Part shown: in pieces, positions 39,046 to 48,672 of the stretch | How the letters are laid out: every line of letters starts with the position of its first letter | Numbering within the stretch: the first letter of the stretch is position 1 | Assembly: GCA_046538485.1 (NCBI GenBank) | Contig: JBKHIT010000035.1 | Span: 1 to 48,672, forward strand | From: Candidatus Brocadiia bacterium | Lineage (GTDB): Bacteria; Planctomycetota; Brocadiia; SM23-32 | DNA: 48,672 nt | Direction of reading: 5' to 3' | The notes under the pieces: generated by a model | Told to the model about the DNA's origin: nothing | The model's database searches: none | The model's input: only the letters and a program-made list of their open reading frames with translations | Made by a program: the position numbers and the translations under genes

Positions 39046-40935
39046 ATGAAAAAAATAACTGCCAGTTGCTACGCCGCGCTGTCCCTCGCCCTCGTGCTCG
39101 GAATTGTGCCGCATGCCGGGGCCGGTCAACCCCGGTCCTTCCACCGAGTCGGCCAGATAACCCTTCCTGGGGGCTATGTCAGGATCAGCCAGACGCCGGG
39201 AGGGGCGATGTGTTTCCTGTCCGGCGGCGAAAAAGGTGCCCTGGTCATCCGGGAGAACAATAAAATCCGGAAACTCGATGAAGGCGATCTCGGTGATGTC
39301 GCGGGCGCATATTTCGGAGGGTGTTATTACTCCAAAGCCGGCGACCTCTGGGCCTACAATATCCTCGGCAAACAGGGGCGCATTCTGATCCCCGCGTTCC
39401 TCGGGAAACTCGCCGGCCGTGGCCGCCTCTTCGTCGACCGGATGGGCCGAGTCTGGATCGAAGGTGCCTCTAAAATGCAGACCCCCGGAGGAAATCTCAA
39501 AAATGTCCCGGGTGTCCCGGGCGAATACCTTAACCCGGCACCGCGCACGGTCGATCAGTTCGGTCACAAATGGGCGCTCATCTCCAAAAGCGACTCTCCC
39601 GAACGTAGAATCGGGGCGCTTCTGACTACACAGCCGAATGAATGGAAGCTTTTCAAAAAGGCCGACGGCGCTCCCGAGGCCCGCTGGCATTCGTTGATCA
39701 GCGACGACTACGGGTTCATCTGGGCGGCGACGACCCGGAGGATTGTCTGTTTTGACCCCCGAAGCCCCGAAGACGGATGGCGCAGGGCCAAAAGTGAGAC
39801 GACTGTAGAAAGCGAGATACTCTCCCTTGCCGTCGGCCCGGACGGGGAAGCGCTGGCCGGTTTCGGAGACGGCACCATCAAACACCTGAGCGTGGAAAAA
39901 GAAAAGGGCGTCCTCGTAAAACCCTGGGAAACCAGAGGCCTCCCGGACGCACCCGTTCGAGCGATCCGGGTCGATCATCAAGGCGGCATCTGGGTCGTCT
40001 GCGGTGAAGCGTTCTTCCGCAGGCCGCCGCCCCCCCGCGCCTGGCAAAAAGACTGGCGCCCCCTCCCGAGACTACCTTTCGGCAATCACGATATCTGGGG
40101 CGATGTGCTTGAAGGCAAACTCTACATCGCGGGTGGAATGGCCAGTTACGGCTACCCGGCCGAACATTCCTTCCTCGACGAGATTCTTGTCTTCGACCCG
40201 AAACGAAATCTCTGGTCGGTCGTGGGGCGGCTGGACCGGCCGCGGTGTTACAACGGGCTGGTGGCTTTTGGCGGTGGAATTTGGGTTGTGGGCGGGTTTT
40301 TTAAGGAAAAAGGAAAACGCATTTCCACCGATACCGTAAAAATTTTCAATCCGAAAAACGGAAAATGGCGCGATGGGCCGCCGCTTGACCGGCCGCGGGC
40401 CGAACCGGTTGTGAGTGTGTGCGAGAATCGGATCTATGTTGTGGGAGGCGCCGGACAAAAAAAGACCTACCGCTCCTGCCTGAGTATCGGCCCCGACGAG
40501 ACCGCGTGGCGAGAGGAACCCGACGCGCCGGGGACCGTCCGGCAGGCGAACGGATGCACTCTCGGGGATAAAATCTACGTCTGCGCCGGGCGCAACGGGG
40601 TATTCCGTTTCGATCCGGATGCAAAAGAGTGGTCGGAAGTGCCGGGGATCCCGGACCAGAAGGCGCCCAACGCCCCGCTGTGCGCCGCATACAAAGGGGA
40701 GATGTGGTTGATGGGCGGGTGGGGCCCGGACCGGCCAGGTTCCTCCTGGATTTATGCGCCAAAAACAGAAAAATGGCGGCGGGGACCCGACCTGCCGGTG
40801 CCGGTTGGCTGGGGCGCGGCCGTCGAAATCGAGGGCGAACTTATCATTGCCGGCGGTGCATCGCATTCCAAAAAACATAAATACTATATCTTCACCGACC
40901 GCGTTTTTGCGTTGCGTGGACAACACGGACAATGA
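39046..40935 (+). CDS. Secreted beta-propeller protein with C-terminal Kelch repeats
   Basis: Signal peptide ending AHA/AGA-like, DxxGxIW repeats, then Kelch repeats (LYIAGG, IWVVGG, IYVVGG, MWLMGG, IIAGG). Confidence 0.85.
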   Translation: MKKITASCYAALSLALVLGIVPHAGAGQPRSFHRVGQITLPGGYVRISQTPGGAMCFLSGGEKGALVIRENNKIRKLDEGDLGDVAGAYFGGCYYSKAGDLWAYNILGKQGRILIPAFLGKLAGRGRLFVDRMGRVWIEGASKMQTPGGNLKNVPGVPGEYLNPAPRTVDQFGHKWALISKSDSPERRIGALLTTQPNEWKLFKKADGAPEARWHSLISDDYGFIWAATTRRIVCFDPRSPEDGWRRAKSETTVESEILSLAVGPDGEALAGFGDGTIKHLSVEKEKGVLVKPWETRGLPDAPVRAIRVDHQGGIWVVCGEAFFRRPPPPRAWQKDWRPLPRLPFGNHDIWGDVLEGKLYIAGGMASYGYPAEHSFLDEILVFDPKRNLWSVVGRLDRPRCYNGLVAFGGGIWVVGGFFKEKGKRISTDTVKIFNPKNGKWRDGPPLDRPRAEPVVSVCENRIYVVGGAGQKKTYRSCLSIGPDETAWREEPDAPGTVRQANGCTLGDKIYVCAGRNGVFRFDPDAKEWSEVPGIPDQKAPNAPLCAAYKGEMWLMGGWGPDRPGSSWIYAPKTEKWRRGPDLPVPVGWGAAVEIEGELIIAGGASHSKKHKYYIFTDRVFALRGQHGQ

Positions 40936-41012
40936 ACGCTGCTCGCCAACTGGTTTTTTTGCACAATGGGGTGTCGTTCATCCCGGATTCCCTCCCCGTT
41001 TGCATGGCACAT

Positions 41013-41589
41013 GAGCGGACTGGACTTCAGCCGGAGGCTGGAGTTCAGAACGCGGTCCGATTGGGTGGAATCTCCGCGCATCTTGACGTGTCTGAGCCGT
41101 TGTCCGCCTCAAGTCCAGATTCGCGCGCCGTTGGCGTGCTCAGCTGAACTCGAGTCTCCGTTCCCCGCGAGCGGACTGGACTTCAGAACCGCTCTGCGGG
41201 GCTGGGGTTCAGAACGCGGTGTGATTTGTTGGGATTTTCGAGCGTGGTTTGCATTTTCCGGCCGTTGTCCGCCTCAAGTCCAGTTTCGCGCGCCGATGGC
41301 GAGCTCAGCTGAACTCGAGTCTCCGTTTCCCGAGAGCGGACTGGACTTCAGAACCGCTCTGCGGGGCTGGGGTTCAGAACGCGGTGTGATTTGTTGGGAT
41401 TTTCGAGCGTGGTTTGCATTTTCCGGCCGTTGTCCGCCTCAAGTCCAGTTTCGCGCGCCGATGGCGAGCTCAGCTGAACTCGAGTCTCCGTTCCCCGCGA
41501 GCGGGCTGGACTTCAGAACCGCTCTGCGGGGCTGGGGTTCAGAACGCGGTGTGATTTATTTGGAGATTCCAGGCGCATTGGCATCTTCC
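41013..41589. repeat. Tandem array of REP/REPIN-like units (three full, one partial)
   Basis: Units start at 41013, 41169, 41334 and 41499 (periods 156, 165, 165). Conserved blocks GAGCGGACTGGACTTCAG, GTCCGCCTCAAGTCCAG and GCTCAGCTGAACTCGAGTCTCC. Confidence 0.92.
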
Positions 41590-43064
41590 GCTATCAAGCG
41601 CAAAATCCGGTCCTCTCCGCCGGTGAGTTTGACGGCATCTGCCACTTCAACCCCCCCCACCCAGATGATTCGGCCGGTATCGTCAACCACCAGAGGAATC
41701 CGGTCGCGTTTGTGGTGGGGGATTTTTCGGTCGATGAGAACGTCTTTCAGTTTTTTCTCACCCGGCGCATTGAGGGGACGGAAACGGTCGCCCGGATCTC
41801 GGGTCCGAACCGTGAGAGGCAACCGGAGGTTGTCCAGAGCAAGATGGACGCACCAGGGATCATCGCTTGCCAGAAATTCTTCCGGAGATCGGCCCGTGGT
41901 ATCAAAGATTTCTGCCTTAATAATCACATCGAGATCGGGCACAATGGTTTGCCCCGGGACGTCGAGCCGGGTCCGAAACTCCAGTGCGGGTCGTTCTTCG
42001 CGTCGGAGGTAGATCGCGCCGTGTTCCCTGCGGGCGATGAAACCCCCCGGGAGAGTCAGCTCCTTGCCCACAGGCCGGTCGACGAGATCGGCTGCGGCAT
42101 CGAAATGTTCTCTCGTGAGAGCCGGGAGGAAATGAGGGGATTCAGAAATTGTTTCCAATCCACGGCGAATCACACGGGTCCGGAAACTGACGCTCAAATC
42201 CGCGTACCTTTCCGCATCCAGCGATACTGCCCCGTCGGTGCGCTCCCGCACGAGTTCCGTCCATATCGTATCAACCCGCTTCTGGAACTCCCGTTCGACA
42301 GAAGAAGCCAGTGAATTCAGACGGGCGAGCCGTCGCGAGATATCGTGATCGGCATTCTTTTTCAGATGTGGCAGGATCTCGTGCCGGACCCGGTTTCGGA
42401 AATAGGTCGGGTCGATGTTGGAACTGTCCGAGCGGAAATCCTGTTGCTGGTTTTTGAGATAATCCAGGATTTGGTCCCGGCGCAACGTCAGAAGGGGCCG
42501 GATCACCGTGATATCGGGTGCAACGTGTGAGGGACGCCGGGGCGGAATCGCTCCGAGTCCGTGCAGCCCGCAACCCCGGAGCAGCCGCATCAGAACCGTT
42601 TCAGCGGCATCATCGGCGTGGTGACCCAGAGCGATGACGGCGGCTCGCCGATTCCTGGCGGTTGCTGTCAGGAAACGGTAGCGGATCCTGCGAGCTGCCT
42701 CTTCGAGGGATTCGCCCGGTGTCTGGGCGGAGGCAACGTCCTTTTCTCCCGTTATGATTGGCAGATGGTTCCGGTGGGCGAATTCGCGGCAAAACTGTTC
42801 ATCCTGATCGGATTCTTCCCCCCGCAGCTGGTGGTTGAGGTGCGCCAGTTCGACCTTCAGCTTGATTTGTCCGTTTTTAGCCAGTTCTTTCAGGATAAGC
42901 GCGAGAACCGTGGAATCCGGCCCGCCACTGAACCCCACCAGCACAGTCTGCCCGCTCTCGGCGAGCTGGTGTTCGCGGATAAATTCGAGCACAGCGGCAC
43001 TGACCGATTCTGAAGGCACAGATTCGTCCGGCACGGAGAGTTCTCCTTCCGAAACAGAAGGCAC
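41556..43064 (-). CDS. tilS: tRNA(Ile)-lysidine synthetase
   Basis: SGGPDS PP-loop, HLNHQLR, GHHADDAAET, RPLL, DSSN, RNRVR, and a TilS C domain. Start uncertain. Confidence 0.95.
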   Translation of the reverse strand: MPSVSEGELSVPDESVPSESVSAAVLEFIREHQLAESGQTVLVGFSGGPDSTVLALILKELAKNGQIKLKVELAHLNHQLRGEESDQDEQFCREFAHRNHLPIITGEKDVASAQTPGESLEEAARRIRYRFLTATARNRRAAVIALGHHADDAAETVLMRLLRGCGLHGLGAIPPRRPSHVAPDITVIRPLLTLRRDQILDYLKNQQQDFRSDSSNIDPTYFRNRVRHEILPHLKKNADHDISRRLARLNSLASSVEREFQKRVDTIWTELVRERTDGAVSLDAERYADLSVSFRTRVIRRGLETISESPHFLPALTREHFDAAADLVDRPVGKELTLPGGFIARREHGAIYLRREERPALEFRTRLDVPGQTIVPDLDVIIKAEIFDTTGRSPEEFLASDDPWCVHLALDNLRLPLTVRTRDPGDRFRPLNAPGEKKLKDVLIDRKIPHHKRDRIPLVVDDTGRIIWVGGVEVADAVKLTGGEDRILRLIAEDANAPGISK

Positions 43065-43205
43065 GGGGACCGGTTCCTATGATTTCGTTTGGAGGGGCGG
43101 ATGTCAAAAAACTTTTATTGGTGGGGGGGCGGCACGCGGTGGCATTTCCCGCGGATTGCAGCAGTTGCCAGCCTCGGGAAATGTGCCCGACCCATACCCG
43201 GGCAT

Positions 43206-43469
43206 CACGTATCCGGGACGCGACCCGCATGTGGGGGGCGATCGCCGGGGGCTACACTCTCACGCGCCCCTTTCAGGGGCTCTTTTCATCACGGAGGGTT
43301 GTGGTGGGCCTTCAGCCCACTTTTTTCTCAATGGACACTGTATCCCAGGGCTCCGACGACCTTCAGCCGTCTGCACCCTGGGCTGTCATATATTGCCCTT
43401 TCAGGGCAATGAACGGCAGGGCGCACTCGCCGATAACCCCTTGCCTCTGCGTGGCATCCCGGATACGTG
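43206..43469. repeat. Second palindrome-rich REP/MITE-like element
   Basis: 19-bp inverted ends (43206-43224 and 43451-43469) enclosing GCCCCT-TTC-AGGGGC, GTGGGC-CTTCA-GCCCAC and ATTGCCCT-TTC-AGGGCAAT. Confidence 0.65.
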
Positions 43470-43678
43470 GAGCCCCTTCTAAAATTCGCAGCTTCACAAC
43501 TTCCTCGACGCCACCGCCGTCGCTGTCCAACCGATCCCGCGCCGTCCGCCGGCGCTGACATCTGACCTCTGTCGTTTGCCGTTTCGCAGCTTCCAAACTT
43601 CCTCGCTTCATAGCTTCCATCCGTCCCGCCGTTCTCCGTGTTCCCCGTGCCTCCGTGTGATAATTGCCGTATGCCTGT

Positions 43679-43748
43679 AACTTAGAACTTAGAACCCAGA
43701 ACTTAGAACCCAGAACTTAGAACTCAGAACTTAGAACTCAGAACTCAC
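43679..43748. repeat. Heptamer tandem repeat (AACYYAG)x9 plus one degenerate unit
   Basis: AACTTAG, AACCCAG and AACTCAG units read directly. Confidence 0.92.
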
Positions 43749-43795
43749 TCCAGTCCGCGGGCGAGTTTCAGGGATCGAATATGTCCGGCGGCCCC

Positions 43796-45805
43796 TCAGG
43801 CCTCGTCTTCTTTTTCCCCCTCTTGCTCATTGGACGATTCTTCGCGTTGGTGTTCGGGCACGGGTTCTTCGAGAGTAATCCCGAACTCTTCCAGCAGCTC
43901 CGACAATTCGTCACGCTCGAGGACCTCTTTTTCTTTGAGATTGTCCGCAATGGTTTGAAGTGCGTCCATGTTTTCATTGATCAATTCGCGCGCTCGAGAA
44001 TGAGCCTCCTGGACAAGGTTGTGGACGGCTTTATCGATTTCACGGTTGGTTTCCTCGCTCCAGGGTTTTCGTGTGAAAGGCATTTGCTGGTCATTGCCGC
44101 CGGCCTGCCTGGGAAATGATAGAGGTCCGATTTCCTCACTCATGCCGTACTCAAGAACCATTTTCCGGGCGAGATCTGTAGCTTTTACCAGGTCGTTCTG
44201 AGCACCGGTGGAAATTTCTTCGAAGACTTCCTCTTCCGCCGATCGCCCCCCGAGCATAACAGCCATCCGGTCGAGCAACTCGTGGCGGCGAAGGAGATAT
44301 CGATCTTCCATCGGCATCTGCATGGTGTAACCCAGGCCCGCTGCTCCGCGGGCGATCATGCTGACTTTTCGCACGGGGTCGGCGCCAGGTACCAGGCAAG
44401 CAACCAGAGCATGTCCCGCTTCATGATGAGCGACGATTTCCTTTTCTTCCGGGTTCATAACCATGTTCTGGCGTTTGAGCCCGGCCACGACGCGTTCGAT
44501 AGAATCCTGGAACTCGTCGAATCCGACGGAATCCTTATCACGTCGCGCGGCAAGCAGTGCGGCTTCATTGGCGAGATTTGCCAGATCCGCCCCCACGAAC
44601 CCCGGCGTAAGGGCGGCCACCTTTCGGAGATCCACATCTTCGTCCATTGTTACGTTCTCGGTATGAAGCCGAAGTATTTCTTCGCGTCCTTTCAGATCAG
44701 GCCGCGGGACATTTATCTGCCGGTCGAACCGCCCCGCCCGCAGCAGCGCCGGGTCCAGCATCTCGGGTCGGTTGGTAGCCCCGAGGAGAATGATCCCTTT
44801 GGTCGGTTCGAACCCGTCCATCTGTACCAGCAGGGCGTTGAGCGTCTGTTCGCGTTCTTCATGCCCGCCCATCATGCCGGCTCCCCGGGCTTTGCCGAGG
44901 GCGTCGAGTTCGTCGATGAAGATGATACACGGTGCCTGTTTGTTGGCCTGCTGGAAAAGGTCCCGCACGCGCGCCGCTCCAACGCCCACAAACATCTCTA
45001 CAAAGTCCGAACCGCTGAGGTTAAAGAACGGCACGGCGGCCTCCCCGGCCACTGCCCGGGCGAGCAGAGTCTTCCCGGTCCCGGGTTCGCCGACAAGGAG
45101 CACACCTTTGGGGATTTTGCCGCCGAGGCGGGTGAATTTCTTGGGGTGGCGGAGAAACTCGATGACTTCCTGGAGTTCTTCTTTGCATTCTTCTATGCCG
45201 GCCACGTCCTGGAATGTGACGTCCCCTTCTTTTTGCATGTTGAGTTTGGCCTGGGATTGGCGGAAATCCATAATTCCGCGCGCGGCATTCATACGTGAGA
45301 ACAGGATCTTCCAGAGAATGATCAGGCCGACGATCGGGAGAACCCAGATCAGCAGCATGTTCAGCCACTTGTCCGTCTTCTCCCGGTATTTAATCTCCGG
45401 TTCGGCATCGGACAGAATCCCGTAAATCTCATCGTCTTTGTGCGACCAGGTGGTGGTAAACTCGACGGGTTCCGCCTCAGGGCTAACGGTGTGTTTTTGC
45501 CCGTCGACTGTTGTGTACCTGATTGGTTGCTCGTTCCTGTCGGGGTTTTTCCTTCGCAGATGACCGCTGATCTCGTCGGGGCGGAGGACGCATTCCTTAA
45601 TTTTTCCGTCTCTGGCGAGCCGCCGGAACTCGCTGTAGGGGATTTCGACTCTATCGGCGGATTTGCCGGCCCAGTAAATAACGCCGAGGATGGCAAGCCC
45701 GAGCAAGATGTACCAGAATGGAAAGGGCTTTTTCTGTTGCCGTTGTGGTCCGGGTGTTTGCTGGTCGGGCTGGCGTCCGCTCTGGCGGGGATCGGGTGCA
45801 GGCAT
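43796..45805 (-). CDS. ftsH: ATP-dependent zinc metalloprotease FtsH
   Basis: Two TMs, [20 protein letters not shown]...RAGRFDR and HEAGH. Confidence 0.96.
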   Translation of the reverse strand: MPAPDPRQSGRQPDQQTPGPQRQQKKPFPFWYILLGLAILGVIYWAGKSADRVEIPYSEFRRLARDGKIKECVLRPDEISGHLRRKNPDRNEQPIRYTTVDGQKHTVSPEAEPVEFTTTWSHKDDEIYGILSDAEPEIKYREKTDKWLNMLLIWVLPIVGLIILWKILFSRMNAARGIMDFRQSQAKLNMQKEGDVTFQDVAGIEECKEELQEVIEFLRHPKKFTRLGGKIPKGVLLVGEPGTGKTLLARAVAGEAAVPFFNLSGSDFVEMFVGVGAARVRDLFQQANKQAPCIIFIDELDALGKARGAGMMGGHEEREQTLNALLVQMDGFEPTKGIILLGATNRPEMLDPALLRAGRFDRQINVPRPDLKGREEILRLHTENVTMDEDVDLRKVAALTPGFVGADLANLANEAALLAARRDKDSVGFDEFQDSIERVVAGLKRQNMVMNPEEKEIVAHHEAGHALVACLVPGADPVRKVSMIARGAAGLGYTMQMPMEDRYLLRRHELLDRMAVMLGGRSAEEEVFEEISTGAQNDLVKATDLARKMVLEYGMSEEIGPLSFPRQAGGNDQQMPFTRKPWSEETNREIDKAVHNLVQEAHSRARELINENMDALQTIADNLKEKEVLERDELSELLEEFGITLEEPVPEHQREESSNEQEGEKEDEA

Positions 45806-46298
45806 TTAAAGGCGCTCCTGTTCTTGATTACGGCAATATCATACAACCAAGTATACAGAAGCCTCCGAATGTATCCAATCGGAAGGAGACCGAAACGGGG
45901 CAATGGAATCCGGACGCTGGGACAGGTGTAAGCTTTTTTAGTTTGTTCCAGCGATCTTGCATCCGTTCCGCACCCGCACGACGCGGCGGCATGCCTGTAA
46001 CTTTTTTAGAACCCGTACATCTTCTCCCGTTTAATGCGTGTGCGTAGCACTTCGGCAGCGACGTGCGACGCAAAGAGTGAGAAACGCGGTGCGGTCGGCC
46101 CAAATGATATTTTTCCTGCGAAAATCCCATTTACGGCCCCCTTCCCTGTTTTTTTCATCGAAAGCATTTGATTTCCATAGCCTGTGTCTTAAGCTTCAAT
46201 GGGCGTTTTAGGGCGTGAAACGGCCATTTTGAAAGTAATTAAAAGAATAGATATTTTCCTGCCTTTATGTGATATTTTTACAGGTCGTTTGATATCCC

Positions 46299-46327
46299 TT
46301 GACATTATTTTTGAGCTCCGGTACACT
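46299..46327 (+). promoter_or_regulatory. Sigma70-type promoter
   Basis: TTGACA-N17-TACACT upstream of an AGGAGG RBS. Confidence 0.7.
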
Positions 46328-46378
46328 ATCGCCGTTGTAAGTGAGGCGGATTTTACTTTAGTCAGGAGGTGAGATGCC

Positions 46379-47008
46379 ATGAGAAAGGCATTTACACTCA
46401 TTGAGTTGCTGGTTGTTATCGCCATTATAGCAATACTGGCGGCGATGCTGATGCCGGCTCTCTCCAGAGCGCGGGAGGCTGCCAGACGGACGTCGTGCAT
46501 TAATAACCTGCACGGCATTGGGACGCAGATTACGCTTTACCGAAATGATTATGATCAGTTGCCGGTGGTAACAGATATTGATGACTGGCAACAGGAATCG
46601 ATTGATCTCTGGGAAACCTTCTTCGCCGGTGGTTATATCGATTCCGCGGATCAGCTCGATTGCCCGTCCGGTTCGCGTGAACCTGATGCCAGTAACGGGG
46701 ACGCTGGTGAGTTTGACGATCCCGACGATGTCAGTCCTGAATACGCCATTGACGATGATTACGCGACCAATGTCATGGGCGCGATTGTCGGGGATTTTGT
46801 TAATGATCAGCCAGACACAAGCACTCTCAGCAATAACCCGTCCGCAAATCACGGGGATGATGGAGCCAACTGTTTGTTTGCGGATACCCATACAAAATGG
46901 ATTGGGGCGCAAGGGGATAGTAACAGTAGCCAAGATCATCCAAACCCACATACGGATGACGACGACGTTTACGCGGGAGATTATGCCAGCCTTCAGGAGA
47001 ACGACTAA
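46379..47008 (+). CDS. Prepilin-type N-terminal cleavage/methylation protein (DUF1559 / H-X9-DG-like)
   Basis: [44 protein letters not shown], and [14 protein letters not shown]. Confidence 0.92.
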   Translation: MRKAFTLIELLVVIAIIAILAAMLMPALSRAREAARRTSCINNLHGIGTQITLYRNDYDQLPVVTDIDDWQQESIDLWETFFAGGYIDSADQLDCPSGSREPDASNGDAGEFDDPDDVSPEYAIDDDYATNVMGAIVGDFVNDQPDTSTLSNNPSANHGDDGANCLFADTHTKWIGAQGDSNSSQDHPNPHTDDDDVYAGDYASLQEND

Positions 47009-47035
47009 ATAAAGAGCTGGTTGAGTCTTTAATTG

Positions 47036-47068
47036 GCAGGAGCGGTTGCAAAACCGCTTCTGCTTTTT
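47036..47068 (+). terminator. Intrinsic terminator
   Basis: GCAGGAGCGGTT-GCAA-AACCGCTTCTGC followed by TTTTT. Confidence 0.8.
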
Positions 47069-47149
47069 GTACGTACGCGCAACGACGGAGCCGTTGAGCA
47101 GGGGAACAGGGAGCGGGGACCGAACCAGCGCTAACACTGAGGATCAACT

Positions 47150-47426
47150 GAGCGGACTGGACTTCAGCCGCAGGCTGGGGTTCAGCACGCGGCCGATTTC
47201 TGTGGAATTTCCAGGCGCATTTGCATTTTCCAGATTTTGTCCGCCTCAAGTCCAGATTCGCGCGCCGTTGGCGTGCTCAGCTGAACTCGAGTCTCCGTTC
47301 CCCGAGAGCGGACTGGACTTCAGCACGCGGCACGATTCGTTTCCGTGCTCATTGGGATATTCCGTGAATAGTCCGCCTCAAGTCCAGTTTCGCCTGCCGG
47401 TGGCGAGCTCAGCTGAACTCGAGTCT
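47150..47426. repeat. Two REP-like units downstream of RAYT
   Basis: Units at 47150 and 47306, same family as the 41013 array. The second ends flush with the RAYT stop codon. Confidence 0.92.
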
Positions 47427-48005
47427 TCATCCATCCAACAGCAGTTTTGCAAATTCCGCGTCGTCAAGATTGGTCTGGTAGTATTGTGTTTGCGCCCTGT
47501 ATTCATCAGCAGTCAGCCAGGACTCTTTCAGAATTTCATCGGAGAATAGAGCGCCGTTTCTTAACCCGACCCACTCAAGATAATTGGAATATTGCCAATC
47601 TGATAAAATATCGACAATCTGGGCTTTCTTAGGATTGTGATGAATGTACTGACAGAGGTAAATTACATATTTCTCGTTATCCACTTTTTTGTGCTGCAAT
47701 CTTCCATTGTAGAGATGTCCGTCTGAGGAATACTTGTGATTATAGTGCGGGACGTAAGAATTATTCACACTGCTGAAGATTTCAAATATAGGTTTACGAC
47801 TGTTTTGTTTCATCAGAAAATGAAAATGATTTGGCATCAGGCAATACGCAAAGACGGAAGCAGGGCAGTTGTCAACGGCTGATTTGAATTTTTCCAAAAA
47901 ATACACGTAGTCATCGTGACTGCAGAAAAGTTGTTTATGCGGAACGCTGCGATTGTAGATGTGAAAGTAAGCCCCTTTTACAAATTCTCCCTTTTTGCAC
48001 CTCAT
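47427..48005 (-). mobile_element. rayT: REP-associated tyrosine (HUH Y1) transposase
   Basis: YFHIYNR, AYCLMPNHFHFL (HUH), YIHHNP (catalytic Tyr) and WQYSNY. Flanked by repeats and AT-rich. Likely start 48005; the ORF extends to 48098. Confidence 0.9.
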
Positions 48006-48098
48006 TTTTGCCCTTCTCACGAGTTGTAAGTGAAAGTGCCGATGTCTCCTCTGCTCAGTGTAAATTGCAGATGGGCTTTTGACAACACGCAATTCCAT

Positions 48099-48245
48099 GA
48101 GCGGACTGGACTTCCAGCACGCGGCCGAGTTCTATAGAATTTCCAGGCGTGCTGGCATTTTCCGGCATTTGTCCGCCTCAAGTCCAGATTCGCGCGCCGT
48201 TGGCGTGCTCAGCTGAACTCGAGTCTCCGTTCCCCGAGAGCGGAC
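48099..48245. repeat. REP-like unit upstream of RAYT
   Basis: A full unit plus the first GAGCGGAC of another. Confidence 0.92.
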
Positions 48246-48530
48246 GATCCCGTCCGTTAAGACATGTCAATTTCTGCCATGATGTCTCGTTCCCCGGTTT
48301 TTACACCGCTTCTGAAGTCTTTTCGCCTCAGGCGTGTTTTTTGTGGAAAAGGGTCTCAAACAGCTGAAAACGGGCATCTCAGCTGCGGGCAAAGATGTGT
48401 CTTGCGCGCTTCCTTTTTGCCGGTTGGCGAAGGGGGAAAAACAGGCGTTGACGCTCCTTTGGGCTGAGGTACTCTGCAACTGATGAATCCGCGCGGATCA
48501 GTTTACTTTAGCAATAGGAGGTGAGATGCC

Positions 48531-48672
48531 ATGAGAAAGGGGTTCAAGTCAGTTGAACTGCTCTGTGATGCGCTCAGGGCAGGGAATGAGAGTAAGTGCT
48601 TCGCATTTACTCTCATCGAACTGCTGGTTGTTATCGCCATTATATCGATACTGGCAGCCATGCTGATGCCCG
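48531..48672 (+). CDS. Second prepilin-type protein, cut by the window end
   Basis: Manual translation [47 protein letters not shown]. Shares the AGGAGGTGAGATGCCATGAGAAAGG start region with 46379. Confidence 0.85.
   Translation, partial: MRKGFKSVELLCDALRAGNESKCFAFTLIELLVVIAIISILAAMLMP

Noticed and set aside
41013..41589. CRISPR array
   Set aside because: Units are 156-165 bp, the variable segments are related or identical (units 2 and 3), no cas genes are present, and the same units flank a RAYT.
40966..42012. 348-aa repetitive ORF (also 47046-47549 and 48149-48367)
   Set aside because: These are translations of the repeat units (periods divisible by 3) that run antisense to tilS or RAYT in two cases. 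No RBS or protein family signal.
349..45931. Numerous long antisense or overlapping ORFs in the six-frame track
   Set aside because: They are shadows of GC-rich genes that have clear family motifs on the other strand or frame.
47427..48098. IS200/IS605 TnpA with TnpB
   Set aside because: No tnpB is adjacent. The YIHHNP...WQYS tail and flanking repeats fit RAYT better.

Overview
Bacterial DNA, probably PVC/Planctomycetota-related (inferred from prepilin-type DUF1559-like genes and a planctomycete-style vWA-like protein). There are three zones. (1) 1-19044 is an accessory island ending at both sides in same-orientation copies of an IS3-like terminal sequence (1-54 and 18991-19044, 47/54 identical). 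It carries ArsR, a MOT1-type transporter, an ECF sigma factor, a zf-HC2 anti-sigma, a Spy/ZraP-like protein, TolC, a MacA-like adaptor, a mosaic array of 4 MacB-type permeases with 2 ATPases plus an ATPase fragment, and an oppositely oriented heterodimeric ABC exporter. Shared candidate ECF-promoter and ArsR-operator motifs suggest a two-tier regulatory cascade. (2) 19.1-41 kb holds metabolic and housekeeping genes: heparinase II/III-like, PIG-L deacetylase, GlcN6P isomerase family, four-zinc-ribbon protein, NUDIX-eIF2B fusion, two GT4s, hisF, mreB, a ferritin-like protein, ilvC and a Kelch protein, plus a candidate ~175-nt structured RNA. (3) 41-48.7 kb holds tilS, ftsH and two prepilin-type paralogs separated by a RAYT tyrosine transposase. 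RAYT is flanked by long REP-like units (up to 156-165 bp) that also form a tandem array at 41.0-41.6 kb and appear to supply the tilS C-terminus. All calls come from motif recognition by eye; no searches were run.
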